DNA from: Octopus vulgaris | Lineage: Eukaryota | DNA: 64,000 nt | Assembly (NCBI GenBank): GCA_951406725.2 | Contig: OX597823.1 | Location: 57,784,001-57,848,000 of the forward strand | Direction of reading: 5' to 3' | Part shown: piece after piece, positions 39,473-54,980 of the stretch | Layout of the letters: each line of letters opens with the position of its first letter | Numbering within the stretch: position 1 is the first letter of the stretch | Position numbers and translations under genes: made by a program | Notes under the pieces: generated by a model | Told to the model about the DNA's origin: nothing | Databases searched by the model: none | Seen by the model: the letters and a program-made list of their open reading frames with translations, nothing else

Positions 39473-39648
39473 TTCTTTTTATTTTTTTATTCTTTCACTT
39501 GTTTCAGTCATTTAACTGCGGCCATGATGGAGCACCTCCTTTTATTCGAAGAAATCGACTCCAGGGCTTATTCTTTGTAAGCCTGGTACTTATTCAATCG
39601 GTTTCTTTAGGACAAACACATACAGGCACACAGACACAGACACAGAAA

Positions 39649-39720
<72 letters not shown>

Positions 39721-39838
39721 CATATTTACGACGGGATTCTTTCAGTTTCTGCCTACCAACGACCGATTCCACTCACAAGGCTTTGGTCGGAACCATTTGG
39801 TTGGGAAGCAAGTTTCTTACCACACAGCCACATCTGCA
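39473..39838 (-). mobile_element. SINE family B with internal deletions
   Basis: cttgtttcagtcatttaactgcggccatg ... cttaccacacagcca. Confidence 0.85.
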
Positions 39839-39976
39839 CTAACGAATAAATAAAGACACATGCACGCACACACACACACACACACACATACAAACACACA
39901 CATGTTTTCTGCGTTTATTTGGTAAATGGTGCCGAATTTTACCCTTCTATAAATAATAATAATAGTATGTATAAGC

Positions 39977-40457
39977 CTCGAACCCACACCTCTATGTATT
40001 CGTGATAAGAGTGCTAACCATTACACTAACGTACAGCCTGGGTGTACGTTAGTGTAATGGTTAGTACGCTTGTCGCGAATACATAGAGGTCTGGGTTCGA
40101 GTCACATGCGTACGGCAAACCCTACATTTTTCCGTGGAGGTCTCATATTCCTCAATATTACACTATTTACCTTAGTCAAAGCACGGTGATCGTTTATAAG
40201 TTTTAAGCTTATAGATATTATTATTAATAGAAATATTAAAATTACTAAGTCTCTCTAAAAGAGATTACGGCAGCGTTACTGGAAATTAATTGTTATCGCC
40301 ATATTAATAAGGCAGTCTTATAGATATGAGACTAAAAGCTGTCGCTGATTAGCTCCATGAGGCCATCGCCTTAAGATAGCTATCTTAAGGCAATGGCCTC
40401 ATGGAGCTAATCAGCGACAGCTTTTAGTCTTATATCTATGACTGCCATATTGATATT
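39977..40457 (+). mobile_element. tRNA-headed element with inverted duplications at both ends
   Basis: tRNA-like 40044-40113 (GTACG...TAGTGTAATGGTTAG...GGTTCGAGTC...CGTAC); palindromes at 39977-40101 and 40301-40457. Confidence 0.75.
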
Positions 40458-40484
40458 ATTATTATTTACAGTAATGTGTGTGTG

Positions 40485-40517
<33 letters not shown>

Positions 40518-41618
40518 TTGTTTGTGTGTATGTGTGTGTGTGTGTGTGCGTGTGTGTGTGTGCGTGTGCGTGTGTGTGTGTAAATGTAAGATCCAAGCTT
40601 CAAGGAAGAATAGGCTGTTAGTAAGTCTCGAGCAGTCCGCAGAAGGTATGAAAAATAACTTTCGGAAACAATAGTGGTTTATTGACGTAAACGTTTGCAC
40701 ATGTTTCTCATATCGAAATTCGATAAACTGAAATAAGTTATTTAATAGTTTACGGTTAGCATTTGGGGTTGCTTTGTATATGAATAAAAATCCAAGATCA
40801 AGGAATAGAGTAGAGAAAATCCAGTCTACATATGGTTCAAAGCTTGCAGAACCTCGGAAGTAGTAATTGCTGAAACGAGGATCAATCCGTTAGACACCCG
40901 TCGGGCTAAAGATACCTTAGTCATATGAAGGTTAAGTTGTCGTTAGGGGATCCCATGTTAACTTGCAAGAAATATGATCGAAAATGTGTCGAGAGCACAC
41001 AGAGTGAGAGAACAAAACGGAAAACATATTCGTGAAGAAATAACATATGGTAGTGTGTAAATATCTAAATTGGTTAAAGAAAATCATAAAGAATGCAAAT
41101 AAAGAAAAAGTAAGGAGGAAGAGTAGGGGGAAATTTGGTATTGCCGAAGCTGGTTTGGGGAATGTCTTTGTGAATTTAGACTGGGGTCATTTACTGGATC
41201 TACTGTAAAATAAATAAATATATTGTGGCACCTTGTGAATACATTTAAACAAAGTCAAAGAAAAGGAAGATATAGGAGCGGTATTGAGTTAGAATTTGTT
41301 AGGAAAAATGGGGAGAGGAAGAAAAGGAGGTGAAATATAATGTTTTTGGTCAGTAGGGGAACATATTAGTTGTAGTTGGTAGTTTATAACTTAATTTTAA
41401 AACTATACAAGCGGATATTAGCACACAAGCGCGTATTTTTTGAGCGCCTGTAGTACCTTGTAAGTGTATATGCGCGCGTGGGAGCTTGTATATTCTCATG
41501 TGCAGAAAGAAGGTTTAGGGAGATAAAAATGTTAGGAAAAATATAAAATATATAAAGATAAGGGAATAAAATGAAAAAAATATAAGAAAATATAAAAATG
41601 ATAAAGGTAGTTAAAAAG

Positions 41619-42030
41619 TTCTCTTTTACTCTCTTTTACTTGTTTCAGTCATTTGACTGCGGCCATGCTGGAGCACCGCCTTTAGTCGAGCAAATCGACC
41701 CCAGGACTTATTCTTTGTAAGCCTAGTACTTATTCTATCGGTTTCTTTTGCCGAACCGCTAGGTTACGGGGACGTAAACATACCAGCATCGGTTGTAAAG
41801 CGATGTGGGGGGGGGGGACAAACACAAATACACAAACACACACATACACATCATATACATATATACCACAGGCTTCTTTCAGTTTCCGTCTACCAAATCC
41901 ACTCGCAAGGCTTTGGTCGGCCCGAGGCTACAGTACAAGACACTTGTCCAAGGTGCCACGCAGTGGGACTTAACCCGGAACCATGTGGTTGGTAAGCAAG
42001 CTACTTACCACACAGTCACTCCTGCGCCTA
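41619..42030 (-). mobile_element. SINE family B
   Basis: Full-length, well-preserved copy. Confidence 0.93.
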
Positions 42031-42457
42031 TGTTTGTTATAGAAGAGCTGCAGGTGGGGGGGGGGAAGAGGAACAGTTAGGGAATAACACGTTGTGGGGC
42101 GAGGGGTTCGGTATTATTTGTACTTTGAGAATGTGTTGTAAAAATCTGTCTGCAAACATATTTCGCGCTGGTTTGAAATTAACTTACGCCATGAATGATC
42201 CACCGTCTACTAAAAAGTTGATCTCCATCAGTATCGTCAATCCCTACATATCCACCTACGCCTAATACACGACACTGACGTTTATAAGCTTCGCAGAAGC
42301 ATACTCACACATACAGCATATACACATACAGGCCGAAGTTTTCCGAACGGTTTCCGTTTACTAAATTTCCCCCCCACAATGTTTTGAACATATCATCTAC
42401 ACCTGTTGAGGCTACGGCAGTGAGTAATTGCCTAAAGTTTCTTTCATACATCGAAGT

Positions 42458-42491
<34 letters not shown>

Positions 42492-42700
42492 CATACATAC
42501 ATACATACATACATAAGTTATACGAGCTTGCCTACACACATGAGTAAACGAATCACTATTCGAATTGACATTAAAATATCTATTAGATGATAGTGCACTT
42601 CCCCTACACAACGTACTAATTTTCCTTAACGTGAATTCATTACTAATTTTGGCTTTGTACACAGTGAGTCCTCTGATAACGTCTGATACGGCAAGATATT

Positions 42701-42860
42701 CTTTTCAACTTTAGGCACAAGGCCCGAAATTCTTTTGGAGGGGATCAGTCGATTAGATCGACTCCTGTACGCAACTGGTACTTACTTTATCGACCCCGAA
42801 AGGATGAAAGGCAAAGTCAACCTGGACTGAATTTGAACTCAGAACATAAAGACAGACGAA
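42701..42860 (-). mobile_element. SINE family A, 5'-truncated
   Basis: caactggtacttactttatcgaccccgaaaggatgaaaggcaaagtcaacc. Confidence 0.85.
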
Positions 42861-43539
42861 TGACACAGCAAGATATTCAGATATTCAATACTCCGTCACT
42901 GAACAAGGCGAGAATTAACACCAATGATGTGAGTACATTGCTTTGACAATGGAGTTCATTTTACTGCCCAAGATAATGGATATGATGAGTCAGATATATA
43001 TATTTCATTTAACTCAGCATTTCATTCAGTTAGGAAGAAAGATAAAATAAAATCCTAGAGAGGGATAAACAAGGTTAAAACTGTCTGGATTATTCTAGAA
43101 CTTTCAGAAAGATTTCCAAAGACATCAACTCAGAGAGACTGATGATTTCGACCTGTCTCTGAGTTAAGCTTTCCGTCTCGTTTACTGCGTGTGCATTGAA
43201 GTTTATTATGGAATTAACAAATATCTTTATAGACGTTCAGAAATTCTTTACCACATGACTACATATATTTCAATTCGTTTCTGTCTGTCTGACTATTTGT
43301 TGTCACTGAATCGAACTCTCACGCGTAGATACACATGTACTTCCGGGCAAACTCACACGCATGCACACACACACACATACACGCACATACACACACACAT
43401 GTATGTATATATATATGTATATATATATATATGTATATATATATATACTTATATATATATAGATAGATAGATACATACATACATACATACACATCTATCA
43501 ATCTGTCGATCTGTCTGTCTGTCTCTGTCTTTCTCCCCC

Positions 43540-43599
<60 letters not shown>

Positions 43600-43795
43600 G
43601 TATAATCCAAATAATAATAAGCAGACAAAGGAAGTTCTTTAATCACATCTTTAATGATTCGTTACAATTGTTTCTGTTTCTGTTTACGCAAAATTTCGAA
43701 AGGAAAATCTACGTAGTGTTTGTAGTTTGAGACATTATAGAGGCACATCATCAGACTTGCATCAGAGGTGTGCTGTCAGACTGTGTCTTCCAGAG

Positions 43796-43797
<2 letters not shown>

Positions 43798-43832
<35 letters not shown>

Positions 43833-44106
43833 TGAATTTATCGAAAGTGAAAATCATTTACCGATAATTCGTAGTTTCTGCTTCTTTCTAGCAAAACACA
43901 GAATATGTTTGCTAAGGCTGGCTTCATCAGCGAGTCGCCTGAATTTAATCGAGGTCCGCAGCGATGTGGGGCTATATGTTAAACCCAACTACTAGCAGAT
44001 CTTAACTTTTCAAATCTCTGCGCAGACGCAAAATTTACACGGGCATGCCGGAAGAATTTTGAATAAATTCATCATGTAGTATGCGAATATCAGAATATTA
44101 CTACCA
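43798..44106 (-). mobile_element. Unclassified ~310-bp insertion with 15-bp flanking direct repeat
   Basis: GTGTCTTCCAGAGCT at 43783-43797 and 44107-44121; (TA)n at one end. Confidence 0.5.
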
Positions 44107-44127
44107 GTGTCTTCCAGAGCTCACAAA

Positions 44128-44167
<40 letters not shown>

Positions 44168-44474
44168 TTATAGGGTGAATGTATGTTCGTCCTTTAATTG
44201 AAATATTTTCCTTAGATATCTAATGTCTTTTCTTCATACTTTACTTTACGAATGCTTTTAATAAAATTCGTATAGGTATGAAAGCTTGTATTGAAATAAT
44301 CAGTAGAGGATTTAACCTATTAAACAATCCATTTTAACATCCAATCTACTCCATTTAAAAAAATATGAATGAATTTGTTGAACTTCGTTTAATAAGCTGT
44401 CTTGTACTGATTATACATATACATACATACATACATACATACATACATACATACATGCATGCATGCATACATAC

Positions 44475-44609
<135 letters not shown>

Positions 44610-45453
44610 CACACACAGACACACAGACACACACATATATACATATGCTCTTGGTTCGTAGCAAGGTCCATTGTTTGTGATGCGATCCTGTCTATTTAGA
44701 CAATGAATAATAAGATATTAAGGTAAAGTAGTCTACCAATTTGACTAAATAACTTCGATGTATGAAAGAAACTGTGACGCACTTTCTCGATTAGCGAGAA
44801 ATGACAGCTAAATAAACATCAAATATATAATAATGGTTTCGATTAGCCAAAACAAAATTATTTACGAGAACAGACATGGTTGCGTGGCTATAAAATACTC
44901 TTTAAAGTTTTGTGGCATCTGGTTCAATCCAACATGGTGACACGTATAGCAAATGTGTACTCCATAAACAGGGTATGATTAATACCTTATAATCATTATT
45001 ACACTAATCCATCGCATCTCGTCGAGGAAACTATATCTATTTTGGGTGACACATTTAACCTAATACCCATTTAACCCCACCACTCGAATCAAATATATTG
45101 CAGATGTTTGTAACAGGTCTTCGTTGGAAGAAATCACCCTCAATAATTCTCCTTGGTCAGTGGGTGTCTGCAAAGATTTATAAGTGTAGACTTTCCGATT
45201 CATACATCCCCCTATTGCACCAATACAAAAGTTATTTTCACACTTTCCAACATCATATATATATATCAGTATACACATATATATATATATATTTAGCAAT
45301 ATATATATATATATGGCGAAATAATATACAAGGCAGTGCAAGTGCAGTGCGGCAGATATACAGTCGAGTATTCCTTCTGCCCTGCGGAGATATTTGGCAA
45401 TGTGCATACTCACTAAAAAACAATGGTGAGTCCAGTACATATGAAAGTCATAT

Positions 45454-45504
<51 letters not shown>

Positions 45505-45598
45505 TCTATATATATACATACACGCGAGCGCGCATATATATATATACGTATATATGTATATATCTATATGTGTATGTATACACACATATCTATCTATC

Positions 45599-45660
<62 letters not shown>

Positions 45661-45953
45661 CATACATGCGTGTATGCCTGTGTGCACGTGTGCATGTGTA
45701 TGTCTGTGTGGGAAGTCAAAATGCGAATAAGTGCCTGTTTAGTCTGCACTCAGTGTTCGTGTTTGAAGCAAATTCAACTGAAAAATACCATATCAATGAA
45801 AAGACCTATGGGAGCTAGGTTTCTCGAACGATTAGCAACTTATAATACGGATATGTGTATACATGAGAATATATGTGTATATTAGTATGTCTGTTTATGA
45901 ACAGATACACACTCATGCACACATAAATATATGTATAGGTATATACGTGTGTG

Positions 45954-45999
<46 letters not shown>

Positions 46000-46014
46000 T
46001 ATAGTATGTATAAT

Positions 46015-46081
<67 letters not shown>

Positions 46082-46170
46082 AAGGCGTTTCCTTCTTATT
46101 TTACATTATTTTATCAATACGCATTTATACGCATTTATTATATATGGATATATGGGTAACTGTGTCTATG

Positions 46171-46210
<40 letters not shown>

Positions 46211-46282
46211 CATACAAACCATCTGGAAACACATGCGAGCATGTGTATCTACATACCCCCATAGATATATCCACACGCGCAG

Positions 46283-46337
<55 letters not shown>

Positions 46338-46377
46338 CCTATATATAATTATAGATACAGGTATATATGCATACATA

Positions 46378-46436
<59 letters not shown>

Positions 46437-46766
46437 ATATTCACACATATATATATATACTTATATACAGATATGTAGGTTTACCAATATACATATATAT
46501 GTATACATATATACACACATATATGCATATATATAAATATATATACATAAATATGTACACACATGTAAATACATAAATATCTATATAAATACATATATAA
46601 ACATATATATTTAAATATACTTATATATGCATAAATGTACTTATATATGTATATATATATATATATGTATATACGTATGTATATATACACTCATATATAT
46701 ACATATAAATCTATATATATATATTTTACGTGTGCTTTCGTGTTTGCATGTATGTATATGTCACAA

Positions 46767-46799
<33 letters not shown>

Positions 46800-47262
46800 T
46801 CATGTATATATGTACATATATACGTTCTTATAACGTATTTTAGCTTAACCCCACATCCACCTAAATTGAATCAATGTACATTTGTTTATTGGCTTCCAGT
46901 CAGACGAAGTCAACATCGGCTTGCAGTCAGAGGCAGCTTAACTATAAATATAAGTAAGACACAACCAAAAGAACTATAGATTCGTTCCAGGACAAAGGTG
47001 GGTAGAAAGTTGCTGTATAGCGTGTAGTCAGATATGGTACTGATACAGCAATAATCCTCTTTGCTGACTACATTACTTTCGATCGGCCGCAGACGTCTTT
47101 AGACGTTCTGAATAAAAGACTGAAAGGCTGGGAATATGGGTAGGCTGGGAATGTGTGTGTGGAGCAAAATTAAGAAGGAATGAGATAGATAGATAAATAG
47201 ATAGATAGATAGATAGAAAGGGATAGAGACTCATAGATAGATATATAGATAGATAGAGAGCG

Positions 47263-47302
<40 letters not shown>

Positions 47303-47419
47303 GGGAGACGAGGTGAATGGATGAGAGTATAATAGAAAAGAGATGCAATAAAGAGTGCTGAACAGCGTATAGACATATATACATATATTTTTATACACAC
47401 ACGTATCTATCTATCAATA

Positions 47420-47529
<110 letters not shown>

Positions 47530-47626
47530 TATATGTGTGTGTGTATTTATGTATATATTTATATATGTTCAAACACACGCGCGCATATACATACGAAAAT
47601 GAAATTATGATCGTCGTTACTATTAC

Positions 47627-47673
<47 letters not shown>

Positions 47674-48064
47674 GTAGTAGTAGTAGTAGTAGTGGTAGTG
47701 TCTGATTCTCAATCTTTTTTATCCGTACATTCGAACCTACATACATTTCGTAAACATACATGCACAGGACACACATCGTTATATGAATACATAAATGTTG
47801 AAGGTCATACGCGCATAAATGCACACATCCACACTGACACACACACAGAGATACACACACAAACATACACAAAGATAGATTTTAAAAAATATGTCGATAT
47901 AGACATGTGTGTGTGTATATAGAAGTTGTCCTCAAATTTTGAAAGCATAAACACACAGGCACACGCATTAATAGATTAAGAACTAGATTTATTTAGACTG
48001 ATAGACAGCATTGAAATGAAAAAAAAAAGCTGGACGCTAAGAAATGCGGAAGGAGAAAGAAATA

Positions 48065-48103
<39 letters not shown>

Positions 48104-48397
48104 GTCATCATACATGCACATATATTTGTAAAGAGAGAACGAGGGAGGGAAAGTGTCTGTCTTTGTGCAAATGTATGCGTCTGTAATTTGCCTAAATCTA
48201 AATGAATGTACCGAGGTAACTTTACCGGCATCTACATATGCTGCACTGATTGAATTTCTGTGCACTCAAGATGTCTGCCAGCTATCCACAAGCAGCCAAT
48301 CAGAATCTCGTCTTAACTCCTGATACCCCATTCTTTAATAGACGTTCTTTAAGCGATAAATGCAGCTTAAGTTTCTCTTTCCACGTAGCTCGGTACA

Positions 48398-48454
<57 letters not shown>

Positions 48455-48589
48455 ACTATCTATCTATCTATATACATCCATATCATTGCCACTCTCAGAA
48501 GCACAAACACATACACACATATAAGCATCTATGTACATATATACTCGTATACATGTGTGTGTGTATGTATATATATATATATATATATA

Positions 48590-49798
<1,209 letters not shown>

Positions 49799-49804
49799 AT
49801 ATAT

Positions 49805-50150
49805 GTAGGCGCAGGAGAAGCCTCCCAACCACATGATTCCGGATTCAGTCCAACTGCGTGGCACCTTGCGTAACTGTGTTCTACTATAGCCTCGGGCCGA
49901 CTAAATCCTAGTAAGTGGATTTGGTAGATGGAACTGGAAGAAGCCCGTTACTACATACATACATACATACATACATACATACATACGTACATACATATAT
50001 GTTGGTGTGTTTACGTCCCCGTAAGCTAGGTTTAGCTGAAGAGACCGCCAGAATAAGTATTAAGCTTACAAAAAATAAGTCCGGACTCTATTTGCTGACT
50101 AACGGTGGTGCTCCAGCATAATCGCAGTAAATTGAATGAAACAAGCAAAA

Positions 50151-50152
<2 letters not shown>
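49805..50152 (+). mobile_element. SINE family B
   Basis: taggcgcagga head, ctactatagcctcgggccgac core, ggtggtgctccagcat tail. Confidence 0.85.
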
Positions 50153-50198
<46 letters not shown>

Positions 50199-50199
50199 T

Positions 50200-51120
50200 C
50201 TTTGACATTTTAGCCTGCATCAGCTTTTCAGTCGGAAAGCTGAGATCATGCTGGGGCACCACTTTTGGCTTTGCCAAATCTACAATATTTGAAACCTCCT
50301 TTGATATGTGGCATTTTGTGAATGAGGGAGTTTGATGCTGCTGCGTTTATTTGTATTTCCTGCCGTGAGGTAGGCTCATCTGGAGCCCTTGACATGAGGA
50401 GATCCAGTTTTGTTTTAAAGGCACCTACTTCAACACCATGCAGATCTGTCAGGCATTTTGGATGAATATTGAAGAACTGTGTGTCTTTGAAACCCAAACT
50501 TTAGCAGTATATGGTACCGAAGATTAATGGCGATGTTAGGATCACTGGCATTTTGCAACGGCACCCCTTTTGTTGTTAGTGTATTTTTCAATGCTAAAGT
50601 TTGGTACAAGTCCTTCCAAGAAACTTCCAGATGTATACCACTGCATATCTTTCCCGGCCTTCGTTCTAAGGAGTAGAATCTCAACTTTTTCAGCTTTTCC
50701 CAGTCGCTGACACGTTGTATTGAGACGATCTTTTTGTGTAGCTTCGCCGGATTGTTTCGAGTTTCGCTGTTAATTTTATACTGTGTTGACCATAGCTGGG
50801 AGCAGTAATCTACTGGCTGAGGACATCTAACTTAGAACCATCAAAGTTACCTGTTCTCTCTTTCTCAATGTTCTGCTGACCGTCTGCATTTTAGTGCCTA
50901 ATTAATGATATGCGCCTGGAAAGATGCATTAGTACTCATTTCAAGGTCTTGGTCGCACAATGATTTTCATTCGGGAATTGCGTTTTCTTTTCAGCTACTG
51001 TATCCTATTTGCATGTCGTTCAGCTATGCTTGTAGCACAGGTATTGGAATTTTTCAGCATTAAACTGCATATTATGGACCTCAACCCACCTTTATATTGC
51101 GTCCAATGTCAGATCTACAA
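50200..51120 (-). mobile_element. CR1-group LINE, older degraded relative of 37721-39450
   Basis: LDAI...NMQFNAEKFQ; FYSLERR; PKCLTDLHGVEVGAFKTKLDLLMSRAPDEPTSRQE...AAASNSL; tail gtggtgccccagcatg. Confidence 0.85.
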
Positions 51121-51522
51121 GAGGAGTATACTGTATACCTTAGAACCTACTGCCAGGTATAGAAAATTGTTTCAACGTATCTTTTGTACCAGTGGTTCTC
51201 ATCCATATTTTATCTATGCTCCCTTTTGATTATTATTTAACCCTGGCGGTCTGCTGAGCCACTCGATGGTTTTAAACTAATTTTATAAATACTTTTTCAA
51301 AGTTCCTACTTTCATTTTTGCCGTTTTGCAATAGTTTCTCTGAGAGAAATGCTTCAGTGTCGAGAAAACGATGCAAATGTTAAAAAAAGATTCCTGCTAT
51401 TCCACGCAATAAAATCATGTAATGAATAGTTTTTCGTGGCCCGCTAACATACTACTGTGGATGGCCAGGCTATTGTTTTGCCTTTGTGGACCCTAAGAAA
51501 TATTTGATATGGACCCCAGAGA

Positions 51523-51660
51523 GTGCAGCATATATGTGCACTTGTCCGTAGGTATGTACGCGTAGAACCCGCCCCCTATATATAGATATGGATTATGTTT
51601 GTAATTATAATTATATATACGAATATTAAAATGATAATTTATTTCTATATACATGTATTT
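51523..51660 (+). repeat. ~140-bp direct repeat, copy 1 (copy 2 at 54742-54879)
   Basis: tatatgtgcacttgtccgtaggtatg.acgcgtagaacc shared. Confidence 0.85.
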
Positions 51661-51797
51661 ATGCTAACTTTCGTACAAACAATCTCTCGGAATTTTCGCA
51701 AAACTTTTATTGGGCCGTGAAAATGATATTATCAACATACATACATACATACATACATACATACATACATACATACATACATACATACATACATACA

Positions 51798-51828
<31 letters not shown>

Positions 51829-51830
<2 letters not shown>

Positions 51831-51873
51831 CTTCAGTCAAGAACCGGATCATCCTCGGAATTTTGGATTATTA

Positions 51874-51921
<48 letters not shown>

Positions 51922-52008
51922 GTGTGTGTGTGTGTATGTGTGTATATGTGTGTGTGTGCGTATCAATAATCCAAATTTCCGAGGATGATCCGGTTCTTGA
52001 CTGAAGAT
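51829..52008. repeat. Inverted repeat: 49-bp arms around (CA)n(TA)n(TG)n
   Basis: 51829-51877 vs 51960-52008, 2 mismatches. Confidence 0.92.
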
Positions 52009-52088
52009 TAAAGGCTTCGAATGACCCGTCCTTGTTTTTTTATATCGTCTATTTGGATATTTCACGTTCTTGCCCATTTTGTATGTTT

Positions 52089-52128
<40 letters not shown>

Positions 52129-52133
<5 letters not shown>

Positions 52134-52292
52134 GAAGGTTGGAAAAGGCAATTACTTTAGTGATGTTTATTGACTTGACCGGTTTCATTAATCTTTTACA
52201 TTTTATTTTTTATAGGTTTTTCCCCAAAATTTTAAAACAGGTCAAGTCAATAAACATTTCTAAAAGTTATTGAATTTTCAAACCTTCTTTCA
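52129..52292. mobile_element. TA-flanked MITE with ~55-bp imperfect TIRs
   Basis: tgaaagaaggtt...atgtttattgacttgacc and ggtcaagtcaataaacat...aaccttctttca. Confidence 0.75.
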
Positions 52293-52331
52293 TATATATT
52301 TTCACTCGTGCGGTTCCTTACAACTTTACTT

Positions 52332-52406
<75 letters not shown>

Positions 52407-52444
52407 TATACATATATACACACACACAAAAACACACATATACA

Positions 52445-52593
52445 TATTTCCTTTTCCGTCTACCAATTCTATCACAAGGCTTTGGTCAGCACGAGGCTAT
52501 AGTAGAAGACAATTTCCCAAGGTGCCACGCAGTGGGACTGAAGCCGGAACTATGTAGTTACAAAGCAAGCTTCTTACCTCACAGCCACACCCT
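52445..52593 (-). mobile_element. SINE family B, 5' half
   Basis: ttccgtctaccaa...cccaaggtgccacgcagtgggactgaa...acagccac. Confidence 0.85.
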
Positions 52594-52634
52594 ATATATA
52601 TATATGCTTACACGTACATAAATATACATGTTTG

Positions 52635-52683
<49 letters not shown>

Positions 52684-52724
52684 GCCTATAAACACACATA
52701 CATCCATATATGTATAAAAGAAAC

Positions 52725-52936
52725 AAGGAGGTATGCTGGCAGAGTCTCTAGCCCGCCGGAGAAAATGCTTACCAACATTTCGTCCGCCTGCATCTTCTGA
52801 GTTCAAATTCCACCGAGACTGACTTCGCAACTCATCCTTTCGAGGTCGATAAAATAAATACCGATTGAGCTCTGTGGTCGATGTAATGGATTCACTCCTC
52901 CCCTGAAATTTAAGGCATTGTGCCAATAATAGAAAG
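52725..52936 (+). mobile_element. SINE family A
   Basis: gctggcaga A-box region, ttctgagttcaaattcc, catcctttcgaggtcgataaaataaatacc, ttgtgccaataatagaaag. Confidence 0.85.
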
Positions 52937-53769
52937 TATATGTAGAAAACAAAAATAATTAAGATTTATTAGTATATCGTTAGGAAGCTAGATAAATATA
53001 CACAGTTACGAATTTACATACGTACACACACACACTCACACACACACACACACACATATATATAAATATAAAATCAGACCAACAGATAGAGATATACAAC
53101 GTATGAGATAGATAGACGGATATGTAGCAATGTACTCCGTCGAATTTACTTCTCATATTTGTTAGATGCAACAAAACAATTACAAATTAGAGCCATTATC
53201 TTAACATGATAACATTTTCATTTTATCATATTATCATATTTTCATATGATCGCTTCGTGTATTTGAAACGACCTCTTCCGGCAGAATAGCTTTAAAAGAG
53301 TTCAGCAGAAGTCAAGGTTGACATTTTGTTGTGTGAAAGCAAGAGAAACTTCACAAGCAAAGCCTATTGTCAGTAAAAACAAAAGAAAGTAGAAAGATTG
53401 GCATAACATCTAGTAGATGTTTAGATCCTTTCAGAAAACACAGACAGAATGGAGGTGTTCTCGGTTGATTGCTTCACTGATCAACCAGACGGCTGCAGAA
53501 GATTAAGTTTTTTTTTTATATTTTCATTTTTGTTTATTTTATTTTGTGATAGACAAACGCCACCACACCTCGTTATATTCAGAAGACATTATATTGTGCG
53601 ACAATATAAGATCTACTTTTATTTCTATATCATATTTTTTTTTGTAAAATACTCATTTCTTATAAAGTGTAGCTAAATATATCGAAATAATATTTTTGAT
53701 CGTTTTTTTTTTTTTTGCAAGGAAATGGGAATGGGAAATGGAGTATTTTCATTCGTTTCACACTTAATA

Positions 53770-54690
53770 AAATGCACATACAAACATGTAAGCATGCATA
53801 CATACATACACACATACATACATACATAAATACACACACACATACATACATACATACATACATACATACATACATACATACATACATACATACACACATA
53901 CATACATACATACATACATACATACATACATACATACATACATACGTACATACATGCACATACATACATACATACATACATACATACATGCATACATACA
54001 TACATACATACATACATACATGAATACATACATACATGCATACATACATACATACATACATACATGCATACATACATACATGCATACATACATACATGCA
54101 TACATACATACACACACATACATACATACGCATATATATATACATACATACATACATACATACATACATACATACATGCATACACACATACATACATACA
54201 TACATACATACATACATACATACAAACATACATAAATACATACATACATACATACATACATACATACATACATACATGCATACATACATACATACATACA
54301 TACATACATACATACATACATACATACATACATACATACATACATACATACATACATACATACATACATACATACATGCATACATACATACATGCATACA
54401 TACATACACACACATACATACATACGCATATATACACACTTATGCATATATACAAATATGTATATGTATTTACATACATATATATATGTATATATATATA
54501 TATACACACATATATATACATACATATGCATACATATATATAAATGAATACATATATAAATACATATGTATATACATACATACATATATATATACACATA
54601 TATATATGCATACATAAATACATATAAATATAAATATATGTATATATATACTTGTTTGTACAGATATATATATAGATACAAGCATACATA
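53770..54690. repeat. Long degenerate (TACA)n array
   Basis: Direct inspection; source of the YVCM and HTYI pseudo-ORFs. Confidence 0.95.
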
Positions 54691-54741
54691 TAAAAAATAT
54701 TTAATTATAACAGAAAATACAATTCAAAATGTAAAAAAGGG

Positions 54742-54879
54742 GTGCAGTGTATATGTGCACTTGTCCGTAGGTATGAACGCGTAGAACCTGTCCCCTATAT
54801 ATATAGACATATATTATGTTTGTAATTATATATATATACGTATATAAAAATGATAATATTTTTCTATATATATGTATTT
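54742..54879 (+). repeat. ~140-bp direct repeat, copy 2
   Basis: See 51523-51660. Confidence 0.85.
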
Positions 54880-54906
54880 TTGTTTGTACGCATGTATCAA
54901 TCTATC

Positions 54907-54980
<74 letters not shown>

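Noticed and set aside
40044-40113. Functional tRNA gene
   Set aside because: Irregular anticodon and T arms; embedded in a repeat with an inverted duplicate
53660-54689. 259-338 aa ORFs (YVCM and HTYI repeats) and the many YIYI, CVCV and poly-N/I/L ORFs elsewhere
   Set aside because: Translations of stop-free microsatellites; no coding signal
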